A stretch of 64,000 nucleotides of DNA from positions 30,499 to 94,498 of the forward strand of contig JBBIIG010000011.1 of NCBI GenBank assembly GCA_037446635.1, given 5' to 3'. The notes under the pieces are model-generated. The model did no database searches. It worked only from the letters and a program-made list of their open reading frames with translations, and had not been told where the DNA came from. The stretch comes from a bacterium (lineage in GTDB: Bacteria; Zhuqueibacterota; Zhuqueibacteria; Oceanimicrobiales; Oceanimicrobiaceae). Below, in pieces: positions 1 to 10,517 of the stretch (within the stretch, counting starts at the first letter, position 1; every line of letters starts with the position of its first letter). The translations under genes were made by a program, and so were the position numbers.

Positions 1-2
1 AG

Positions 3-43
3 AAAAAGGCTTCACCCCGGTTAAACCGGAGTGAAGCCCTTTA
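3..43 (-). terminator. Rho-independent terminator downstream of the LysM gene
   Basis: Hairpin AAGGCTTCAC-CCCGGTT/AACCGG-AGTGAAGCCCTT with an A-run on the + strand (U-tail on the - strand). Confidence 0.65.
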
Positions 44-120
44 AATGCGCTCATAATGTGGTACCTGGTGTGTGTTTGTAACTCAGGTATGGGGTGAGGA
101 AACAGTTATGAGCGCGGGGT

Positions 121-855
121 TTACGAAACGATCGTTGCGTCTTTCTGCTTTTTCGTGCCGTTTTTGCGGCGCGCATCTTCATCGTCATCGAAAAAGTAGG
201 CGCTCTTTTTCTCGTCATCTTCGGCTTTGGGCGCGCTGCCATAGAACTCTACTTCTTCGCGCTTCTTTTTGCGGACGTGCAAGAAAAGGCCCATCACCAA
301 AATAACCGCCAAAACCACCACTCCTGTAACCACCGGCGTGGAAAGCCAGAACGAGGTGTCGGCGCCGTTGCCGGCTTCGATTTCGTACGGCTCACTTTCA
401 AAGGCCGGCGATTTGCTTGCGTGCGGCGCAATTTGCTTCTCGGATGGCTCGGGCGTCGGGGAGTCGGGGGCTTTAGCGTCGCGTTTGGCGAGGGGCTCGC
501 TGTGGGCTTTTACCCGTCCCGCCAAAATGTCTTGCTGCAAATCCACCACGGCATTGACATCCGAAAGCCGCCGCGACGTTCGAACTTTTTGGATCGCCTC
601 AAAGCTGGGCACGACGATCTTTTCGCCCGGGAAAATCAGATCGCCGTCCGGCGCGCGGTTGATCAGCGCCAGCTCTTTCCAATAAGACGTGTCGCCGTAA
701 TATTGCTGCGCGATTTTGCTCAACCAGTCGCCCTCTTTGATTTCATGGGAGAGCGGCTGTTCGAGCCGCAGCAGGCTGCTCAACAGGTTGCCGGCGGGTT
801 CCATGAAAATCACGAACAGGCCCATGAGCAACACTGCAAACAAAAACCGTTTCAT
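121..855 (-). CDS. LysM peptidoglycan-binding membrane protein
   Basis: N-terminal hydrophobic segment, LysM motif HEIKEGDWLSKIAQQYYG...LIFPGEKIVVP, C-terminal TM plus charged tail; GGAGG RBS upstream. Confidence 0.85.
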   Translation of the reverse strand: MKRFLFAVLLMGLFVIFMEPAGNLLSSLLRLEQPLSHEIKEGDWLSKIAQQYYGDTSYWKELALINRAPDGDLIFPGEKIVVPSFEAIQKVRTSRRLSDVNAVVDLQQDILAGRVKAHSEPLAKRDAKAPDSPTPEPSEKQIAPHASKSPAFESEPYEIEAGNGADTSFWLSTPVVTGVVVLAVILVMGLFLHVRKKKREEVEFYGSAPKAEDDEKKSAYFFDDDEDARRKNGTKKQKDATIVS

Positions 856-1197
856 AACTAAACCTCCATTTATTTTAATGGTGATGATCTGCCATTCAAT
901 TTCGCCAAAGCCCGTATTACAAAGGCGATGCCAGTTTTGAAACCGCCGGTCACTTGCCGCGCTAAGGCTTTCAAATTCATAAATTAATCTAAGGGCGAAG
1001 AAACGATTTTCAGGGGGAGGATCAAAGCGATTTTCAGGTAATCCATGTAATTGTTACACGACGAGAGGCAACGCCGGTTTTTCAAAAAATGTTCTTCTAA
1101 AAAGAGTTAGATGAACCTCAAAATTTTTTTTGCAGAGGTTGCATTATTGCTTTTTTTTTCTTAAAAAGTTTCGACGAAAATCTTTTGGAGGACCAAC

Positions 1198-2997
1198 ATG
1201 GCAGCGAAAAAAGGCTGGATCATCTTTTTTGTGATTTTCGGTTTGTTCGTGCTGATGGGGGTGGCGTTCATATTCGCGATTCGCACGGCGCTGCAAGACA
1301 AGCCCCTCGTCAAAAAAGATACGGTTTTGAAGTTGACCCTTGCGGGCTTGATATCGGAACACTTTCCCAGGGATGCCGTGGCGCGAGAATTTGAGGGCGC
1401 CAACCTGCAATTGCATGATATTCTCAGCGGCCTCGCCAAAGCCAAAGTCGATGACCGCGTCTCGGGCGCGCTTTTGGTGATTCATACTCCGGACATCGGT
1501 TGGGCGAAAGCGCAGGAAATCCGCCGCGCAATTCTGGACTTCAAAAGCAGCGGAAAATTCGTGACCGCGTTCATGGAAACCTGCGATGAGCAGGCCTACT
1601 ACCTCGCCTGCGCCGCCGACGCCATTTACCTGCAGCCCAACTCTTTCGTGGAATTCAACGGCTTCGCCGCGGAGACGCCGTTTTTGAAGCGGATGTTTAA
1701 CAAACTGGGGATGCAGCCGCAAGTGGAAAACATCGGCGAGTACAAAAGCGCCGGCGACATTTTGAAACGGGAGTCCATGAGCGACCCCCACCGCGAAGCC
1801 ACCACGGCCCTGCTGCAGGATATTTATGATGAATTCGTGGAGGTGGTCTGCGCCCGCCGCGGCCTCCAGCGCCCGGCGTTCGAAGCGCTGCTCAACCGCG
1901 GGCTGTACGATTCCGAAGAAGCGCTGGCGGAAAAATTGGTGGACGAGCTGAAGTACGAAAGCGACCTCGAAGATTTGTTGAAAGAGAAAGTTTTTGGCGC
2001 ACCAACCGGCGACAGCAAAACCCGCAGCGTGAACACCATCGCGATCCAGAGGTACAACAAAATCCCGGCAGAGGAAGTGGGGCTGGCGCAGGGCAGCAAG
2101 ATCGCGCTCATTTACGGCGTGGGCGCCATTGTCTCCGGCGACGGCGGCGTCGATCCGTTCTTTGGTCGCAACATGGGTTCGGGCGAAATCTCTGAGCTTT
2201 TGGAGACGGCCCGCAAAAATACAGCTGTCAAAGCGGTGGTGCTGCGCGTTGATAGCCCCGGCGGCAGCGCCCTCGCCTCGGATGTCATCTGGGCGGCGAT
2301 CAACAAAGTGAAGAAAGAAAAACCTGTGGTGGTTTCCATGTCCGACGTGGCGGCCTCCGGCGGCTACTGGATTTCCATGGGCAGCGATGCCATCGTGGCG
2401 CAGCCCACCACCATCACCGGCTCTATTGGCGTGGTGGGCACGGTTTTCGATCTCTCCAAAACTTACGATAAACTCGGCATCAACTGGGCGACGGTGAAAA
2501 CCAACCCCTACGCCGATATCCTCACCGACAAGCGCCCCATGAGCAATGAAGAATGGAAAGTGTTTAAAACACAAATTGCGGACGTCTATCACACGTTCGT
2601 GAAAAAAGCCGCTGACGGCCGCGGCCAAACCTGGGACGAAATCGACCGCGTCGCCAAAGGCCGGGTGTGGACCGGCAAGCGTGCGCTGGAGTTTGGACTG
2701 GTGGATACCCTGGGCGGTTTGGAAGCGGCGCTGGCCATCGCAAAAAAGAAAGTCAACCTCGCCGCTGATGCGCCCACCCAGTGGGTGGTTTATCCGCAGC
2801 CCAAAGGGTTTGTGGAATCGCTGATGGAAAAAATCGGCGCGCGAGTGGCGAAAATGACGTCGCTGCCGAACGAATGGGCATTGATTCGAAATTTGCCGGC
2901 GGAGACGAAGCTCGCTCTGCAGCAGTTGGCAATTTTAAATCGCTTTTGGAATGGCGAGATTTTGGCGATTGAATCGCAGGTGCCGGTGGTCAAATAG
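1198..2997 (+). CDS. sppA: Signal peptide peptidase SppA (protease IV, 67K type)
   Basis: Two S49 domains; GEYKSA, RVDSPGGS, DVAASGGYWIS, TGSIGV, GRVWTG motifs; GGAGG RBS. Confidence 0.95.
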   Translation: MAAKKGWIIFFVIFGLFVLMGVAFIFAIRTALQDKPLVKKDTVLKLTLAGLISEHFPRDAVAREFEGANLQLHDILSGLAKAKVDDRVSGALLVIHTPDIGWAKAQEIRRAILDFKSSGKFVTAFMETCDEQAYYLACAADAIYLQPNSFVEFNGFAAETPFLKRMFNKLGMQPQVENIGEYKSAGDILKRESMSDPHREATTALLQDIYDEFVEVVCARRGLQRPAFEALLNRGLYDSEEALAEKLVDELKYESDLEDLLKEKVFGAPTGDSKTRSVNTIAIQRYNKIPAEEVGLAQGSKIALIYGVGAIVSGDGGVDPFFGRNMGSGEISELLETARKNTAVKAVVLRVDSPGGSALASDVIWAAINKVKKEKPVVVSMSDVAASGGYWISMGSDAIVAQPTTITGSIGVVGTVFDLSKTYDKLGINWATVKTNPYADILTDKRPMSNEEWKVFKTQIADVYHTFVKKAADGRGQTWDEIDRVAKGRVWTGKRALEFGLVDTLGGLEAALAIAKKKVNLAADAPTQWVVYPQPKGFVESLMEKIGARVAKMTSLPNEWALIRNLPAETKLALQQLAILNRFWNGEILAIESQVPVVK

Positions 2998-3201
2998 TTT
3001 TTAAAAGCCGGCGCCGTTCGGGTTGCTTTTCCGCAAAGCGGATCCGCTGTGCCGAAAATCCGATTATTTTCGGAGAATCCGCGTTCTTCGCTTTGCTCGA
3101 CAAGGATTTGCAATCCTTGTCGGGCAATTATCTAGGAATTTTAATTTCCCTTTCAAACAGCGTTCGTAATTTTCTGACTGCACAGGCAAATTCCGAACAC
3201 G

Positions 3202-3231
3202 CGGAGTGCAAAACTGAAGTTTTGCACTCCG
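3202..3231. repeat. REP-like palindrome or bidirectional terminator
   Basis: CGGAGTGCAAAAC-TGAA-GTTTTGCACTCCG perfect 13-bp stem between convergent genes. Confidence 0.6.
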
Positions 3232-3255
3232 GTTTTACCGCTTTATTCCCGCCGC

Positions 3256-4785
3256 TCACCTCTGGTTAATCCGCTTATTTAATTCCACGGTAAATTCCGT
3301 GCCCTTCCCGACCTCGCTGGCCACCGAAATTTTGCCGCCGTGCTCCTCCACCACAATGCCGTAGCAAATTGGCAGCCCCAGTCCCGTACCCACGCCGACG
3401 CCTTTGGTGGTGAATCCCGGGTTGAAGATTTTGTCGAGGTTTTCTGGTGGAATACCGGCGCCGCTATCTTTGATTTTCACCACCACCCGGCCATCTTCCT
3501 CAAACGTTTTTATGGTAATCGCGCCTTTATCTTCAATCGCCTGAATGGCGTTGATCAGCAGATTCATAAATACCTGGTTTAGCTTGCGCGGCATACACTC
3601 GATTGCGGGGATGTCGCCGTACTCTTTGATCACGGCGATGCGATTTTTCAATTTGTGATGGAGCAGAATGAGCGTTTCGTCGAGACACTCGTTCAAATTG
3701 GCTTTCTGGTATTCCGCTTCGTCGAGGCGGGCAAAATGCTTCAAGCTGATTACCAGCGCGCCGATGCGTTCGCAGGCGATTTTGTTGATGCGATTCAACT
3801 CATCAGCGTTTGCTAAAATTTTCGTTAATTTGCCTTCGCTTTTTATTAATTCCGAAATTTTCGAGTCAGAAAAAATCACTTTCAGTTTTTGCAAAGCACG
3901 ATGGATGATATCGTTGTTGCTGGCGATCGATCCCAGCGGATTGTTGATCTCGTGGGCGATGCCCGCCACCAATTGTCCCAACGACGCCATCTTCTCGGAC
4001 TGGATGAGTTGCGCCTGCATCTGCCGCAGCTCGCGGGTGCGCTCTTCGACTTTGAGTTCGAGATTTTCGTTCAGCTCGCGAATCTGTCCGATGTGATAGC
4101 GCAGCAAAGCATAATAAAAAATGAACGCCGCGATGGTGAACGGAATAAACGTAAACGAATGGGAGGGAATGCCCTGCAGCGGCAGCAGCAGCGCCAGCAC
4201 GCCCCCGAAAAAGAAGATGATAACAAAGCCCGCGAGGTTATACTTCAGCCAGACTCGTTTTAACCAATCGCGGGACCGCCGGTACGAGTCGATCATCAGC
4301 GCCAGTTCCGTCGTCCCCACGTAGATGAAATAAAACACGGCCAGATTGAACAGGGGCCCGTAGGCGTGCTCGAAACCAGTTACCGGGTTGAATTCCACGC
4401 CGGCGATGATGGCGTCGCTAAAAATGAGCAGAGCGAGCAGCGCCAGGTTTAGCAGCACCACTAGCCAAAAATGGAAGCGAATGGGCGCGCCCAAAATTTT
4501 TTCATTCAACCGCTGCTGGCGGTCCGTCAGCAGCAGGACATAGTACAAACCAAGAATTTGGCTGGGAATGGCGAACAGGTAGGGAATCTTCGTCCACTGT
4601 TGGGCGGCGGCTTCCGTGGCGGCGAGATGAAACACAAACGCGCTGACGTTTGAAAGCGCCGCGACCAACATCAGCGCGCTGAAAATTTTGTTGATGCGCT
4701 CGTGGGGATTTTGCAGGTAGAGAATGATCCCTAACGCGCTCAGAAGAATCGTAGAGATGAGCGAAGGAATGGCGAACGGGTTCAT
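3256..4785 (-). CDS. Sensor histidine kinase with N-terminal 7TM region
   Basis: About 7 TM helices, H-box AGIAHEINNP, N-box QVFMNLLINA, G boxes DSGAGI and GTGLGL. Confidence 0.92.
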   Translation of the reverse strand: MNPFAIPSLISTILLSALGIILYLQNPHERINKIFSALMLVAALSNVSAFVFHLAATEAAAQQWTKIPYLFAIPSQILGLYYVLLLTDRQQRLNEKILGAPIRFHFWLVVLLNLALLALLIFSDAIIAGVEFNPVTGFEHAYGPLFNLAVFYFIYVGTTELALMIDSYRRSRDWLKRVWLKYNLAGFVIIFFFGGVLALLLPLQGIPSHSFTFIPFTIAAFIFYYALLRYHIGQIRELNENLELKVEERTRELRQMQAQLIQSEKMASLGQLVAGIAHEINNPLGSIASNNDIIHRALQKLKVIFSDSKISELIKSEGKLTKILANADELNRINKIACERIGALVISLKHFARLDEAEYQKANLNECLDETLILLHHKLKNRIAVIKEYGDIPAIECMPRKLNQVFMNLLINAIQAIEDKGAITIKTFEEDGRVVVKIKDSGAGIPPENLDKIFNPGFTTKGVGVGTGLGLPICYGIVVEEHGGKISVASEVGKGTEFTVELNKRINQR

Positions 4786-4812
4786 ACCCTCAACACTGTC
4801 GTACGGCGCAGA

Positions 4813-5442
4813 TTATCTCAAAAAGAAGGTGACGCCGATTTTCAACGTGATCTCGTGGGCGGTGATATCGCGCTTGACAACCTCGTCGGGATTAACTTGG
4901 TTTTCTTCGGGTGCGGGGATATTATAAATTGTCTGATACTCAACCGACACATCAAGCCAGGGGCCGATGCCAATGTCGTACATCAAGCCGCCGCCGGCGT
5001 TCCAGCCCAGCGCGGCGTCGTTCTCGCTGGAAACGGTGTTGAATTGATCGAGATTGATGTTTGTTCTAAAAAAATAGAATCCCCCTAGCGCGCCCACATG
5101 AGCTTTGAAATTTCTGGTTCCGAATATGAATTGTGGGCCGAAGGTCAGGCGGAAGGCGTCGTTGCGCACCTCGGCCAGGATGGGGATGCCGCCGAAATTC
5201 ACGGTGGTGAGATCTCTGCCGTAGCTCAGAAAAGCAAAATCACCCCGCAGTCCAACGCCGCCGAGGGATTTCATTTTGCGCGCCACCTTAATTCCAAAAC
5301 CGCCGCCGGTTTCAGAAACATTAGCAAAATCTGAGTTGGGAAAAGAGACCAGAATGTGCGGGCCAACCGACCACTGGGCGCGCGCGCCGTCCGGTGCCAG
5401 CGCCCAAAGCCCTAACGCAATTACGAGTATGAGTCGTTTCAT
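4813..5442 (-). CDS. Outer membrane beta-barrel protein
   Basis: Signal peptide, alternating beta-strand pattern, C-terminal IGVTFF. Confidence 0.75.
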   Translation of the reverse strand: MKRLILVIALGLWALAPDGARAQWSVGPHILVSFPNSDFANVSETGGGFGIKVARKMKSLGGVGLRGDFAFLSYGRDLTTVNFGGIPILAEVRNDAFRLTFGPQFIFGTRNFKAHVGALGGFYFFRTNINLDQFNTVSSENDAALGWNAGGGLMYDIGIGPWLDVSVEYQTIYNIPAPEENQVNPDEVVKRDITAHEITLKIGVTFFLR

Positions 5443-5480
5443 TTAGCGTCCTCTAATTAAATTGGTGATTAATTACAATG

Positions 5481-5509
5481 GTAGGGAACGCATAATATGC
5501 GCTCCCTAC
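5481..5509. repeat. GTAG-type REP-like palindrome
   Basis: GTAGGGAACGCAT-AAT-ATGCGCTCCCTAC. Confidence 0.7.
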
Positions 5510-5521
5510 GCGGATCATTAT

Positions 5522-7393
5522 TCAATTCTTAATCAAATCCTTCAACTTCTTGCCGGCTTCTTTCAGCCCCTTTTCTTTTTCAGCTTTGATTTTATTTTCT
5601 AACTCTTTTTTCTTGTCGTCCAAAAACGCCAGCTTGGAATTAATACCACTTTCGATGGCGGTTATTTCGCCCAAAATTTGATTTTCGAATTTGCTGACCG
5701 CCGCCAGCGCCTCCTGCTTTTTGGGAGCCACGAGGGCGTGCAATCGTTTTTCGATTTCCGCCTGCGCTGCTTTTACGGACTCGCCCAAGGCGCCTTTCAT
5801 GCGCTCCGCCAGCACATTATCGATGTTCGAACCAATATGCAAACGCAAATTGTCCGGCGCGCCGCTGACGCGCGCCGAGAGGTTGAGCTGGTCGATAGAA
5901 TGGAACACTCCGGAAGTAATTCGAGAAATAATGTCGTCGCGTTTGAGATGTTCCGCAAAGCCGAAGCTCACCGGCCGCGCTTCCAGCCCAAGTTGAAAAT
6001 CGATTTGCTGGCCGACCAAACTAAAGCGGATGACGACGTCGGCGCGCTGCGCATCGATGCGGGAGGGGAGATACGGCCGCTCCGGCAGTTTAATGTCGCC
6101 CAATGGAATTCCGGAAGCTTTGATTTGAAAGCGCTCGGCCGGCGTCTCGGTGGTGTGATCGATTTCGCCGGTGAGCTGATAGGCGTTGGCATTGGGCAAA
6201 CGCGCGTCCAATTGAAAATTGAGCGGCTTGCCGTACACCGCTGGCTGCGAAGTGATGCCGGTCACTTTGCCAGCCAACCGAAAAACTCGGCTGGTGTCTT
6301 GCTGGTTGGTGGCGCCGCTGATGAAAATTTCTTCAATCAAAAATTTTGGTTTGGCTTCCTGAAGCGGGAAGTCGATATCCTGGCCTTCGAAACGCGGCGG
6401 GTTTTCCACTTTGCCGGCGCTGGCGAACTGCTGCAACTTTTGCGCTGCCGGCATGTACTCGCGTACTGTGTCGATGTACGGCAGCAGGTTGATTATTTGA
6501 TCGACGATATTTTTGCCGAAGATCATGGCGCCGATGTTTTGCGGCGAGAAATCCGGCAAATTGGCTTTGCTCTTCACCGCGTTGAAATCGTCGGCGATCC
6601 AGTTGTCCACGCTGGCAATGGTGCTGGTGAATTGTTTGAAATCCTGGGTAGCGGAATTTTTCTTGTGCTCGAGATCTTTTTTGAAGCCGTTGAGCGTGTC
6701 GTAAATGCGCTTGGATTTGTCGAGCGCCGAAACGAGGTTTTCGACGCCTTTGATCTCCTGCGCGCGCAGCTCGTTGATCTGCGTCTCGATGCGCGCCAGC
6801 TCCTCCTTGGGATCGAACTCGGCGATCGTCGCCCGCCAGCGCTGCTGGGTGGAATCGACCGTGAGCTTGAACGCCTCGAGGCGTTTCACCGACTGGATGT
6901 CGAAGAACGCCATCAGGCTGTCCACGTTGATCTTCTGTTTCAACATGTTGGGGTCCAGCGCTGGCAGCGCCTCGACTTTTTGCTTGAGATTGGCGGTGAT
7001 GTTTTGCATCCATTCCGGCGGAGGTTCTTGCGGCCGCGGCGGCAGCGCGCCGTCGGTGGCGCGTTTGGTGCCGACGCGGATATCGGCAATCGTGATATTA
7101 TTAATGATGACTTTTTTACGAGCCAGCGGCGCCGCCTCCATGTCGAACGCCATCTTGCCGGTTTCGAACAGGTTTTTCCAGGTGTCGTTGGGATTGGTCA
7201 CCTGCAAACGGTCGAGAGAGATGGACAGCCCCACGAGGCTGAAATTCAAATTATCGATCTCCACCTTCGCGCCCACCATCGACTCGCCGGCGCTTTCAAG
7301 GCTGCTCTCGATAAAGCGGTCGCTCAGCAAATAGGCGAGGCCCGCAACCAGCAAAACAATGACGGCCAGCGCAATTAATCCCTTTGGTCTCAT
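5522..7393 (-). CDS. TIGR03545 family protein
   Basis: N-terminal TM, GAKVEI...LQVTNP..WKNLFE, RFEGQDIDFP motif, coiled-coil C-terminus; ATG at 7393 overlaps the upstream stop (ATGA). Confidence 0.8.
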   Translation of the reverse strand: MRPKGLIALAVIVLLVAGLAYLLSDRFIESSLESAGESMVGAKVEIDNLNFSLVGLSISLDRLQVTNPNDTWKNLFETGKMAFDMEAAPLARKKVIINNITIADIRVGTKRATDGALPPRPQEPPPEWMQNITANLKQKVEALPALDPNMLKQKINVDSLMAFFDIQSVKRLEAFKLTVDSTQQRWRATIAEFDPKEELARIETQINELRAQEIKGVENLVSALDKSKRIYDTLNGFKKDLEHKKNSATQDFKQFTSTIASVDNWIADDFNAVKSKANLPDFSPQNIGAMIFGKNIVDQIINLLPYIDTVREYMPAAQKLQQFASAGKVENPPRFEGQDIDFPLQEAKPKFLIEEIFISGATNQQDTSRVFRLAGKVTGITSQPAVYGKPLNFQLDARLPNANAYQLTGEIDHTTETPAERFQIKASGIPLGDIKLPERPYLPSRIDAQRADVVIRFSLVGQQIDFQLGLEARPVSFGFAEHLKRDDIISRITSGVFHSIDQLNLSARVSGAPDNLRLHIGSNIDNVLAERMKGALGESVKAAQAEIEKRLHALVAPKKQEALAAVSKFENQILGEITAIESGINSKLAFLDDKKKELENKIKAEKEKGLKEAGKKLKDLIKN

Positions 7394-7920
7394 GAGCCGA
7401 ACTCCAGGTCGCGAATTTTGATATACCACTTAACCAAAATGTTGCCTTTGAGCGCCTTCATGAATTTCGACTGCTCCAACTTAGCAGCCCAGCGGTTGCG
7501 ATAAGCGATGATACCTTTCTTGGTGAGGAAGTAAACCGGCGCTGCCAGAATGAGCGCAATCAGCAAACTGCCCATCACCACCGTGTTGTTGAAACGGGTA
7601 AACGGCGCGATGGGCCAGTTGTACATGGCCGTCCACAACGCGCGCAGATTTTCGATTTGCGCGAGGACGTAAAATCCCAAATTGTGAAAAACGGGATCAA
7701 AAATAAACGCCACAAAACTGAAGAGGAAAATGGCGAAGAACACCGCGGCTAAATTTACTTTAGTTAAGATCGCGGCGGCGAGAATCAGCACGTTTTGCAG
7801 CGTCCAAAATGGCGAGAGCCCGATGACGAATCCCATAGCGAAGCCGCCGGCAATCAACCCCGGCGACTCCCCCGAGCGCAGCACTTTGATAAGCTTGCTG
7901 ATGAATTGCAGGAAAAACAT
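7390..7920 (-). CDS. TIGR03546 family membrane protein
   Basis: SPGLIAGGFAMGFVIGLSP, FDPVFHNLG, PFTRFNNTVVMGSL motifs; coupled to the TIGR03545-like gene. Confidence 0.85.
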   Translation of the reverse strand: MFFLQFISKLIKVLRSGESPGLIAGGFAMGFVIGLSPFWTLQNVLILAAAILTKVNLAAVFFAIFLFSFVAFIFDPVFHNLGFYVLAQIENLRALWTAMYNWPIAPFTRFNNTVVMGSLLIALILAAPVYFLTKKGIIAYRNRWAAKLEQSKFMKALKGNILVKWYIKIRDLEFGS

Positions 7921-8285
7921 GGTCTCCCTTCCCGGTAAGTTTCAGGCTGGAATATAGAATATTGAAAGGATTTAGTCAAAGAGTTTTTGGGGAGAGATTA
8001 TCCTGTACTGCTGAATGCGTTTAACTCGCGAACTTAAATTTGAATCGGCTTTCTCCGCGTTTGTCATCAAATTTCAACACGCGTTTCGAGCCTATGCGGG
8101 ATTCCTCAAACATGCTCATGGTCCGAGTTTTGAACATTCGCAACTTGGTTGCAGCTAATCTTTGGACTACTTGAATAAGTAGGGAGAGTGTCGTTCTGTT
8201 ACCGGATTTGGCGCTGAATCGTACTTCTAATATACAGACCTTCAAAAATTTAGTCAAAGAATTTTGTTGCTTAATGAATCTGTCC

Positions 8286-9761
8286 TCAGCCGCTCAGAAC
8301 GCGCGCCAGACGCTGCACGCCTTTGTTGATTTCCGCTTCGGTGAATGCGGCGTATCCCAAAATCAGTCCCTTTTTGCGATTGGTTTTGAGACAATAATTG
8401 GATAAAGCGGGCGCCACCACCCCTGCTACTTTTAACCGCTCGGAGACGCGGCGATCGTCAACGCCGTTGGGCAGCCAGCCAACGAGATGCATACCCGCCC
8501 CCGAGGGGCGCAATTCAAGCCGCCCCTGAAGTTGGCGCTCGGCCGCGGCGATGAGCGCATCGTGCCGCTGTTTGTACAGCGCCCTCATGCGGCGAATGTG
8601 GCGCCCGAAATGCCCCTCGGAAATAAATTGCGCTAACGCCGCCTGCTCCACGATGGCGCTGTGGCGATCGCTGCTGGACTTGGCCGACAAAAACGGCCCA
8701 ACCAGGTCGGGCGGCACCAACATGTAACCCAGCCGCAACGCCGGAATCAGCACTTTGCTAAACGTTCCGATGTAAATTACCCGCTGCTGGCGGTCCAAGC
8801 CCTGCAGCGACGACAGCGGCGGCCCGCTGTAGCGGTATTCGCTGTCGTAATCGTCCTCCAAAATCCAGGCGCCGGTGCGGTCCGCCCATTCGAGAAGTTG
8901 CAGCCGGCGCGTCAGGCTCATGGTGACGCCCAGCGGAAATTGGTGCGAAGGCGTGACATAAACCAGCCGCGCGTGCGGATCGAGTTTCACACCCGCGGCG
9001 ACATCCAGCCCTTCGTCGTTGACGGGTACCGGCGTGAGGCGAATGCCCGCGCCCTGTAACGCTGCCCGTGCGCCGCGGTAACCCGGTTCCTCGAACCAGC
9101 AGGATTCGCCGGGGTCAAGCAAAACGCGAGCGCACAAATCCAGCGCCTGCTGCGAGCCATTGACGATGATGATTTGCTCGGCGTCGCAGCGGGCGGCGCG
9201 GGCGGTGCGCAAATAAAGTGCGATCGCCTCGCGCAGGGGGCGATAGCCGGCGGCGTCGGCATATCCAAACGCTGTTTCCGGCAGCGTCCGCCACTGGCGA
9301 GTCAGCAATCGCGACCACAGCGCGAACGGAAATTCGCTGATGGCGGGCAGGCCGGACTGGAAAGGCACGAAGGACTCTGGCAGGCTCACGGCGCTGACGG
9401 AGGTTTTGGCAATGGCTTGCCCGCGCTGGGAGAGCGTGCGCGGCGCAGTTTGGCGGCGCGGCTTTTTGAATTCAATGCGCAATTTCTCGGGCAGGGTTTC
9501 GGTGACAAATGTGCCCGAGCCGGGTTTTCCCAGCAGGTAGCCTTCGGCAAAAAGAAAATCAAACGCCAGCAGCACCGTGTTTCGCGACAGCCCCAATTCG
9601 CGGGCAAGAATTCGCGTGGGCGGCAGGCGCTGGCCCGGGCGAAGGCGGCCATCTAAAATTGCCTGCCGCAGGCAATCGTAAAGCTGGCGATAGAGCGGCG
9701 CGCCCGCGTCCGTTTTGAGCGCCAGGCCGGCGATCTGAAAATCGGTTTCGGTTTTTGCCAT
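8286..9761 (-). CDS. MocR/GabR-family transcriptional regulator (GntR HTH plus PLP aminotransferase domain)
   Basis: PLYRQLY...GQRLPPTRILARELGLSRNTV; YVTPSHQFPLG, EDDYDSEY, GTFSK. Confidence 0.95.
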   Translation of the reverse strand: MAKTETDFQIAGLALKTDAGAPLYRQLYDCLRQAILDGRLRPGQRLPPTRILARELGLSRNTVLLAFDFLFAEGYLLGKPGSGTFVTETLPEKLRIEFKKPRRQTAPRTLSQRGQAIAKTSVSAVSLPESFVPFQSGLPAISEFPFALWSRLLTRQWRTLPETAFGYADAAGYRPLREAIALYLRTARAARCDAEQIIIVNGSQQALDLCARVLLDPGESCWFEEPGYRGARAALQGAGIRLTPVPVNDEGLDVAAGVKLDPHARLVYVTPSHQFPLGVTMSLTRRLQLLEWADRTGAWILEDDYDSEYRYSGPPLSSLQGLDRQQRVIYIGTFSKVLIPALRLGYMLVPPDLVGPFLSAKSSSDRHSAIVEQAALAQFISEGHFGRHIRRMRALYKQRHDALIAAAERQLQGRLELRPSGAGMHLVGWLPNGVDDRRVSERLKVAGVVAPALSNYCLKTNRKKGLILGYAAFTEAEINKGVQRLARVLSG

Positions 9762-9776
9762 CAGTATTCTCCGAAA

Positions 9777-9839
9777 AAATTGGCTCTATGAATTTAGTTG
9801 AAAGTGGCTCTTTTGTCAATGCCAATTTTTAGGTATAAT
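9777..9839 (+). promoter_or_regulatory. Probable MocR-family operator and -10 box of the rhodanese operon
   Basis: Direct repeats AAAtTGGCTCT (9777) and AAAgTGGCTCT (9801), inverted GCCAATT (9821), TATAAT at 9834. Confidence 0.6.
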
Positions 9840-9873
9840 TGTCTGCTGAAATTTTAAACTTGGAGCGCAGATC

Positions 9874-10287
9874 ATGAATGAGCAACTGCAATATTATAAA
9901 AACAAACTGGCGTTTGAAATCGATTCCTGGGATCTGAGGGTTGCATTAGACAAGGGCGAAAACGTCATCGTGACCGATGCCCGATCCCCCGAGGCTTTTG
10001 ACAACGAACACATCCCGGGCGCCATCAACCTCCCGCATCGAAAAATGAGTGCGGAAACCACCAACCATTTTGACAAAACGGCGTTGATAGTTTCATACTG
10101 CGACGGCATCGGCTGCAACGCTTCAACCAAAGGCGCTTTGAATTTGGCGAAATTGGGTTTTCGGGTGAAAGAACTCATCGGCGGGCTGGATTGGTGGAAG
10201 CGAGACGGCCATAAAACCGCGGGCCGGGCGGTCGGCGCTGCGCCTGCGGCGATTGCGTGTGGCTGTGACGATCACAAGCTATCATAA
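9874..10287 (+). CDS. Rhodanese-like domain protein
   Basis: DARSPEAF..EHIPGAI, active-site loop YCDGIGCNAS, LIGGLDWW. Confidence 0.9.
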   Translation: MNEQLQYYKNKLAFEIDSWDLRVALDKGENVIVTDARSPEAFDNEHIPGAINLPHRKMSAETTNHFDKTALIVSYCDGIGCNASTKGALNLAKLGFRVKELIGGLDWWKRDGHKTAGRAVGAAPAAIACGCDDHKLS

Positions 10288-10302
10288 ATTGGGGTGAGGA
10301 TC

Positions 10303-10497
10303 ATGTGCATCAATCTTTTAAAAAACGGCGCGAGTTGGGCAAAAGAAAAAATCCTGATTCGCGCGTATGATTCGGCGTGCGCGTTGAAACAAGAAATTCG
10401 CAGCAAGATCAGCCAGCGCCAAAGAGAGAACTGGGAATTGTATTCGATGTCAACGCGCGGCCCATTTTTGACCCTGTGCTTTCGGAGGCACGAATAA
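10303..10497 (+). CDS. Small hypothetical protein (DUF4177-like)
   Basis: GAGGA just upstream; fills the gap between rhodanese and EamA; ENWELYSM...LCFRR resembles the GWELVS...FKR pattern. Confidence 0.4.
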   Translation: MCINLLKNGASWAKEKILIRAYDSACALKQEIRSKISQRQRENWELYSMSTRGPFLTLCFRRHE

Positions 10498-10517
10498 GCG
10501 GGTTTCCCTCAAAAATT

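Noticed and set aside
1144..2628. 494-aa antisense ORF (likewise 5678-7378, 24637-26187, 26263-27168, 37008-37892, 56940-57743)
   Set aside because: Shadows of well-supported genes on the opposite strand in GC-rich DNA; no motifs
8021..8257. 78-aa ORF in an AT-rich spacer
   Set aside because: TTG start, no clear RBS or motif; unsupported
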